Assembly: GCA_965224245.1 (NCBI GenBank)
Contig: OZ245046.1
Coordinates: 5,088,001 to 5,152,000 of the forward strand
DNA from: Candidatus Eiseniibacteriota bacterium
GTDB taxonomy: Bacteria > Eisenbacteria > RBG-16-71-46 > CAZAMP01
DNA: 64,000 bases
Direction of reading: 5' to 3'
The position numbers were made by a program, and so were the translations under genes. Positions 58,578 through 64,000 of the stretch are shown here, in pieces. The notes beneath the pieces were generated by a model. The model searched no databases and was not told the DNA's origin. It saw only the letters and a program-made list of their open reading frames with translations. The stretch's first letter is position 1, and every line of letters begins with the position of its first letter.

Positions 58578-60104
58578 TCAGCGGAGGCGGACCACGGTGC
58601 CGGGAACGCTGGCGCCGCCGGTCGTGACGCGGGTGTAGTAGATGCCCGGTGGCGCGACGAGTCCGACCGCGTCGCGGCCGTCCCAGACGATGCCGGCGCT
58701 ACCGGTGCCCGTGAGCGTCCGGACGTGACGTCCACCGACCGAGAAGAGCTCGACGCGCACGTCTGCCGTGTCGCCGCCGGGCGGCACCAGCATCGTCGAC
58801 GCCCGGAACGGATTGGGCACCGCCCGCGTGACTGCGGCGCCCGCCGTCGCGACATCGGGTGCGGCCACCGTCGTGACGTACACGAGCGTCGTGTTCAGGT
58901 TCACGCGGCCGTAGCCGTAGTAGTCGTCGCGACCGGGGAGATCCTGGGCCGGAGAGCCGACCTCGTCCTCGGCGCCGGCGATCAGGAACGTGCGGAACAC
59001 GTCGTGCGTCATGGCCGGGTCGAGCGCCCGGGCCAGCGCCGCGATGCCCGACACGATGGGCGTCGCCGCCGAGCAGCCCGAGAAGAGATCCCGGTCGTCG
59101 ACCTCGCTGCCGTAGGCGACCGTGATGACGCTGTTGCCAGGCGCGACCACGTCGAGGCTGGCCCCGGTGGCCGAGGAGCCGGAACGCCAGTCGTCGTCGC
59201 GCGTCCAGCCCACCGAGATCGTGTGCGGCGACGCGCCGGGCCACGTGTCGTCGGCGCCACCGATCCCATCGTTGCCACCGCAGGCGACCAGAATGGCCCC
59301 GTTGTCCCGTGCGCCGGCCAGCGCGTCCTCGAGCGCGGTGACGTTGGGGTAGTTGATCAGGCTCATGTTCACGACGTCCACGTCCCGGCTCGCGACGTAG
59401 TCCAGCGCCTGGATGAGGCTGAACGTGGTTCCGATGAGGTTCTCGTCGAGAACGCGCACCGGCATCAGCGAGCAGCCGTGGTCGACCCCGGCGACCCCGA
59501 AGTCGTTGTCGGCGTCGGCGGCCAGCAGTCCGGCCACGTGAGTTCCGTGCCCGTGGAGGTCGTTGGGATTCGGATCGGTGTCGACGAAGTCGAAGCCGGC
59601 GACGATGCGCCCGGCGAACTCCGGATGATCCAGCTCGATGCCGGAGTCCAGCACCGCCACGACGACGTCGCCCGAGCCGCGCGTGATCTCCCAGCCCTCG
59701 GTGGCGTCGATGTCCGCATCGGCCTCGCCGCCGGACTGACCGGTGTTGTCGAGGTGCCACTGCTCGTCGAAGTAGGTGTCGCCGGGGAGGATCTCGCCGC
59801 CCGTGCCCGTGTAGTTGGGCATCGCGGAGACCACGAGCGGATCGCGCTCGAGCGCATCCAGCGTCGCCATGAAGTCGCGCCCCTCGGGCACGCTCACGAG
59901 GGCCAGCGATCGCGGCGGGTGAGTGCGCTCCAGCGTCACCCCGACCCGGTCGGCCACGTCGTGAACGACGGACTCGGAAGGCGATCCGGCGAACGAGACG
60001 ATGATCTCGTCATGGACGTATGGGTAATCGAGGATCTCGGTCGCCGACGCGGACCCGGCAGCGAGCGCGGCGATCGCGACGGTCGTCGTGAGGCATGAGT
60101 ACAT
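58578..60104 (-). CDS. S8 subtilisin-like peptidase with FlgD-Ig CTD
   Basis: VAVLDSG, HGHGTHVAG, DVVAPG, FSGCSAATP; YYGYGRVN; CTD PNPF...WDGRD..G...PGIYY. Start 60104 or 60167. Confidence 0.88.
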   Translation of the reverse strand: MYSCLTTTVAIAALAAGSASATEILDYPYVHDEIIVSFAGSPSESVVHDVADRVGVTLERTHPPRSLALVSVPEGRDFMATLDALERDPLVVSAMPNYTGTGGEILPGDTYFDEQWHLDNTGQSGGEADADIDATEGWEITRGSGDVVVAVLDSGIELDHPEFAGRIVAGFDFVDTDPNPNDLHGHGTHVAGLLAADADNDFGVAGVDHGCSLMPVRVLDENLIGTTFSLIQALDYVASRDVDVVNMSLINYPNVTALEDALAGARDNGAILVACGGNDGIGGADDTWPGASPHTISVGWTRDDDWRSGSSATGASLDVVAPGNSVITVAYGSEVDDRDLFSGCSAATPIVSGIAALARALDPAMTHDVFRTFLIAGAEDEVGSPAQDLPGRDDYYGYGRVNLNTTLVYVTTVAAPDVATAGAAVTRAVPNPFRASTMLVPPGGDTADVRVELFSVGGRHVRTLTGTGSAGIVWDGRDAVGLVAPPGIYYTRVTTGGASVPGTVVRLR

Positions 60105-60318
60105 CGACAAGATCAGCCTCCCCGGAATGTCGATCGGCGAGCCAGCGGGCAATGTTGCATGGAGCATATCACGTTCGGGGCGGGTCCGCGTCTCCGGGGT
60201 TCCGGTCGAGGGCTGCCCCGATCGGGGCGGATCAGGCCGACCGATCCCGTCGCGCCCCTGGGACGGGCCACGATGCGACGTTGACGTGCGTGGCCCACGG
60301 AACGGAGACTCGGCGATC

Positions 60319-61002
60319 ATGAACGTGTCGATCCTGATCGTCGAGGACGATCCTCGCATCGCCGAGCTGGTCTCGAAGAACCTCGACTCGGCCGGGTTCG
60401 TGTGTCACGTCACGCACTCCGGTGACGATGCGCTCGCCCAGTTCGAGGCCAGACGGCCGGATCTCGTCGTTCTCGACATCATGCTGCCCGGAATGGATGG
60501 CCTCGAGATCACGCGGCGCCTCCGACGGCATTCCGACGTGCCCATCCTGATGCTGACCGCGCGTGCGGGCGAGGGCGACAAGGTCCTCGGATTCGAGCTC
60601 GGGGCCGACGACTACCTGACCAAGCCCTTCAGCACCCGCGAGCTGGTCGCACGGGTCCGCGCCCTGTTGCGCCGCACGTCGGCGGGCGGCCGGACCGGGG
60701 TGATCCGGCGCGGCGATCTCGTCGTGGATCCCGACCGGCGGGAGGTTCGCCGCGGCGACGAGGTCGTGCCGCTGACCACGCTGGAGTTCGATCTCCTCCT
60801 GGTGATGGCGACCCGGCCGGGGCGCGTGTTCTCGCGCGAGGCGCTGCTCTCCCATGTCTGGGGCTACGATCGCGTCGTGGACGGCAGGTCGATCGACAGC
60901 CTCGTGAGCCGGCTGCGCCGAAAGCTGGAGGCCGATCCCGGGCATCCGACGTACGTGCAGACCGTCTGGGGGGCCGGGTACCGCTTCGCGGACGTTCCAT
61001 GA
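60319..61002 (+). CDS. OmpR-family response regulator
   Basis: [47 protein letters not shown]. Confidence 0.95.
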   Translation: MNVSILIVEDDPRIAELVSKNLDSAGFVCHVTHSGDDALAQFEARRPDLVVLDIMLPGMDGLEITRRLRRHSDVPILMLTARAGEGDKVLGFELGADDYLTKPFSTRELVARVRALLRRTSAGGRTGVIRRGDLVVDPDRREVRRGDEVVPLTTLEFDLLLVMATRPGRVFSREALLSHVWGYDRVVDGRSIDSLVSRLRRKLEADPGHPTYVQTVWGAGYRFADVP

Positions 61003-62501
61003 GAGTCCTCTTCCGCTCGCCGAGCCTGTTTCTGACGCTGGCCGGTGCGTTCCTCGGAGCGCTCGCGATGACCGTGCTGGCCATGGTGGTCGCGCTGTCG
61101 GCCATCGTGAAGCCGTGGATCGATCGGTCGATGTCCGATCGCGCGCGACTCGATCTCCAGGCCGTCGCGGCCGAGCTCGGTAGCCTGCCCCCCGGCAGCG
61201 GCGAGCGAGAGGTCGCGGCGGTGCTGGCCCGACACGGCCGAGAGCCCGCGCCCGGCATCGGCCAGCACGACGTCCGGCTGGTGGTGTACGTGGATCGGGC
61301 CGGACGCCTCGTGCACCCCGGTCCGGTTCCGGGGAGCGTGCGACCCGTCCTGGAGCGCGAGCTCGGCGTCACGCTCCCGGCCTTCCCGCGCGGTCCGCGT
61401 GGACGCGCGGGCCGGGGCGGGTCACGTGACAGCCTGATCGCCGGTGGTCGCGGGGGACGCCCGGTCGAGTGGCGGCTCTGGGCCCGGCTCGCCCTCCCGG
61501 AGACCGGCCCGTTCCCGGGCGAGCTGGCGTCGTTCGGCCCCGACGTGCCCGATCGCCTCTGGCCGCGCGGGCTCCCCCGGCCGTTCGTGATCCTGATCCC
61601 GATCGCCGTCCTGGTCTCGATCGGGGTGGGGCTCCTGGTGTTCCGCGCGATCGTGGCCCGTCTGCGCGTGCTCGAGGCCCTGGCCGGGCGCGTCGCCGAG
61701 GGCGATCTGAGCTCTCGTGCCGGCGAGCTCGGACGGGACGAGATCGGCCGCCTGGCGGCCCGGTTCGACGCGATGACAGCCGCCCTGGCCGAGGCGCGCG
61801 AGCGGGTGGACGCCAGTGACCGCGGCCGCCGCCAGCTTCTGGCCGACATCACGCACGAGCTGGCGACGCCGCTCACGTCGATCCGCGGCTACGCCGAGAC
61901 GATGCTGGACGCCGGGGTCACGGTCTCCGACGACGAGCGGCGGACGTACCTCGGCTACGTGCTCGAGGAGGCGCAGCGGATGGACGTCCTGATCCAAGAT
62001 CTTCTGGATCTGACGCGTCTGGAGGCGGATGCGGCTCCACTCGACGGCGTGCGGCTCGACTGGACCGAGCTGTGCCGCCACACGGTCGCGCGTTTCGGGT
62101 CCCGCTACCGGGCTGCCGGCCGGCACCTCGAGTGGTCGGGCGACTCGACCCCGATCCCGGTCGTGGCCGAGGGACGGCGTCTGGAACAGCTCCTGGACAA
62201 CCTCCTGGCGAACGGCCTCCGGCACGTTCCGGAGGGCGGCCATGTGTGGGTGAGCCTGACCGACGGAGTGACCCACGCCACCCTGACCGTGTCCGATGAT
62301 GGGCCGGGGATCCCAGAGGCCGATCTGCCCCGGGTGTTCGAGCGGTTCTACCGCGCCGACCCCGCCCGGGCGACCCCGGGGACCGGCCTGGGGCTTGCGA
62401 TCGTCAAGCGAATTGCCGAACGTCATGGAGGACGCGTGTGGGCCGAGGGACGTGTACCCTCCGGCGCGTGTATTCAGGTGGAGCTTCCGAAAGCCCCGTG
62501 A
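60999..62501 (+). CDS. HAMP-domain sensor histidine kinase
   Basis: Two TM segments; [45 protein letters not shown]. Confidence 0.93.
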   Translation: MRVLFRSPSLFLTLAGAFLGALAMTVLAMVVALSAIVKPWIDRSMSDRARLDLQAVAAELGSLPPGSGEREVAAVLARHGREPAPGIGQHDVRLVVYVDRAGRLVHPGPVPGSVRPVLERELGVTLPAFPRGPRGRAGRGGSRDSLIAGGRGGRPVEWRLWARLALPETGPFPGELASFGPDVPDRLWPRGLPRPFVILIPIAVLVSIGVGLLVFRAIVARLRVLEALAGRVAEGDLSSRAGELGRDEIGRLAARFDAMTAALAEARERVDASDRGRRQLLADITHELATPLTSIRGYAETMLDAGVTVSDDERRTYLGYVLEEAQRMDVLIQDLLDLTRLEADAAPLDGVRLDWTELCRHTVARFGSRYRAAGRHLEWSGDSTPIPVVAEGRRLEQLLDNLLANGLRHVPEGGHVWVSLTDGVTHATLTVSDDGPGIPEADLPRVFERFYRADPARATPGTGLGLAIVKRIAERHGGRVWAEGRVPSGACIQVELPKAP

Positions 62502-62506
62502 TCGGC

Positions 62507-62560
62507 CCGATCGCGTCGATCGACTCGATCGTGTCGATCGGCTCGATCGCGTCGATCGTC
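62507..62560. repeat. 9-bp tandem repeat x6, (T/C)CGATCGNN
   Basis: CCGATCGCG TCGATCGAC TCGATCGTG TCGATCGGC TCGATCGCG TCGATCGTC, intergenic. Confidence 0.8.
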
Positions 62561-62643
62561 TCCTCCGACGGTCGATCGGGGATCGGCAGCGGGGCGGATC
62601 CCCCGGAAGCACCATCGCACATCGATATCAGGAGGAAGACGTC

Positions 62644-63294
62644 ATGAAGCGGATCGTGATCGTATCGTGCATTGTGGCGGTGGCGGTGGCGAGCTTCGGG
62701 TGTTCGTCCAAGAAGGGCACCGGCGCGCTGATCGGTGCCGGGGCCGGTGCCGCGGCCGGGGCGGCGATCGGGAACAACAACGGCAACACCGCTCTCGGCG
62801 CGATCATCGGCGCCGCGGTCGGCGGTGCGGCCGGCGCCGCGATCGGCTCCTACATGGACAACCAGGCCGAGGAGCTCGAGCAGATCCCCGGCGCGCGCGT
62901 CGAGCGCGTCGGCGAGGGCATTCACATCGTGTTCGACTCGGGCATCCTGTTCGCGGTGGATTCGTCCGACCTGACCGGTGAGGCGAAGGGCAACCTCGGG
63001 CGCATGGCGACCGTGCTCAACAAGTACCCCGACACCGAGCTGCGCATCGAGGGCCACACCGACAGCACCGGCGAGGACGCGTACAATCAGGCGCTGTCGC
63101 GGCGTCGCGCGCAGTCGGTCAAGAGCTACCTAGGCGCGAACGCCGTGCGCTCGGCCCGCATGGTCACGTTCGGCTACGGCGAGTCCGCGCCGGCGGCCGA
63201 CAACTCGACGTCGGCCGGACGGGCCCAGAACCGCCGCGTCGAGGTGGCCATCGTGGCCAACGACGAGCTGAAGGAGCGCTACGGCGCGGGCTAG
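62644..63294 (+). CDS. OmpA-family lipoprotein with glycine zipper (YiaD-like)
   Basis: AGGAGGA RBS; lipobox SFGC; GAxIGAxxG zipper; IEGHTDS.G...YN..LS.RRA; NRRVE. Confidence 0.93.
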   Translation: MKRIVIVSCIVAVAVASFGCSSKKGTGALIGAGAGAAAGAAIGNNNGNTALGAIIGAAVGGAAGAAIGSYMDNQAEELEQIPGARVERVGEGIHIVFDSGILFAVDSSDLTGEAKGNLGRMATVLNKYPDTELRIEGHTDSTGEDAYNQALSRRRAQSVKSYLGANAVRSARMVTFGYGESAPAADNSTSAGRAQNRRVEVAIVANDELKERYGAG

Positions 63295-63317
63295 CACGTC
63301 GCTGTTCCGAGATCCGT

Positions 63318-63347
63318 CCGGGTGACCCATCCTCTCGCGTCACCCGG
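63318..63347 (+). terminator. Hairpin after ompA-family gene
   Basis: CCGGGTGAC...GTCACCCGG. Confidence 0.35.
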
Positions 63348-63367
63348 GCGGGATTTGCGAGCTGGAC

Positions 63368-63388
63368 GTCACATCTCTGTCACATCTC
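63368..63388 (+). promoter_or_regulatory. OmpR/PhoB-type tandem box
   Basis: GTCACATCTC-T-GTCACATCTC: perfect direct repeat with 11-bp period, upstream of the last gene. Confidence 0.6.
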
Positions 63389-63514
63389 GAGCGTACAACT
63401 CACCGACGACGGGGGAGGGAGGACCCTCCATCCCCGGCGCCTCGCGTACAACGAGTACAACGAGACGGTGGATCGGTGGCGGTGCCGCCGGTCCCGCTGA
63501 CAGGAGAGCCCACG

Positions 63515-64000
63515 ATGCGACGATCCACTCCACTCACCATGCTGGCGACGCTCGCCACGGCCGCTACGTTTGCGCTCGCGACCCAGGGCTGTGACGAGTC
63601 CGACGCCGATTCGGCCGTGTCGCCGGTCGATGCCGATCGGCTCGGCCAGTCGTCCTCCGCGGCGATCGGCGCGCCCGCGCTGCCGACGCTGGCCGATCTG
63701 GACGCGCGCCTCGACCTGTCCGACACGCAGGAGACCGCGCTGGCCGCGCTGCTGGCCGACTGGGCCGAGACGCGGGACGCTCGCGGTCCACGTGGCCCAC
63801 GCGGTGATCGACCGCACGACGGTGGTCCCGGCTACGGACGTCGGGCTCGCGCCGGCGGAGCGGACTGCCCGACCGATGATGCCATGCTCCGCCGTGGTCG
63901 CCGCGACGGTTGCGGCGAAGGTCGACCCGACGGGGCCGGGGGTCAGGGAGGTCCCGGACAGGGCCTCGGAAGTCCCGGCCACGAACGTCCGATGGTGACG
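63515..64000 (+). CDS. Lipoprotein, Spy/CpxP-like (3' truncated; absent from ORF track)
   Basis: AGGAGA RBS; MRRSTPLTMLATLATAATFALATQGC lipobox; LDARLDLSDTQ (LTxxQ-like); Gly/Arg-rich linker; frame open to the window end. Confidence 0.65.
   Translation, partial: MRRSTPLTMLATLATAATFALATQGCDESDADSAVSPVDADRLGQSSSAAIGAPALPTLADLDARLDLSDTQETALAALLADWAETRDARGPRGPRGDRPHDGGPGYGRRARAGGADCPTDDAMLRRGRRDGCGEGRPDGAGGQGGPGQGLGSPGHERPMVT

Overview
High-GC bacterial window with about 50 CDS. I could support no rRNA, tRNA, CRISPR array or IS element. The main feature is a ~19.6 kb co-oriented, largely translationally coupled 19-gene envelope cluster (10756-30324). It joins (i) c-type heme lipoproteins, including a PD40/HzsA-like protein, (ii) a TlpA-DUF4266-DUF3570 module of the kind usually paired with ApbE flavinylation (an apbE lies at 1418), (iii) four putative outer-membrane beta-barrels and (iv) an Agl/Glt-like core (giant TPR, TPR lipoprotein, GltF-like, ExbB, two ExbD of which one has Asp->Asn, AgmX/PglI TonB-like). 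Also present: five secreted proteins sharing a FlgD-Ig/T9SS-like C-terminal domain; an orphan hcp triplet containing a ~620 bp near-identical duplication; a small atypical-composition islet; a Cpx-like two-component locus with a tandem operator; a PEP-CTERM mini-protein; and housekeeping genes (pepP, glnA type III, rnhA, prlC, hslO, phhA, thrS, nitroreductase). Family calls are from recognising motifs by eye; no database searches were run. The abundance of FlgD-type CTDs suggests an FCB-related lineage (inference only).
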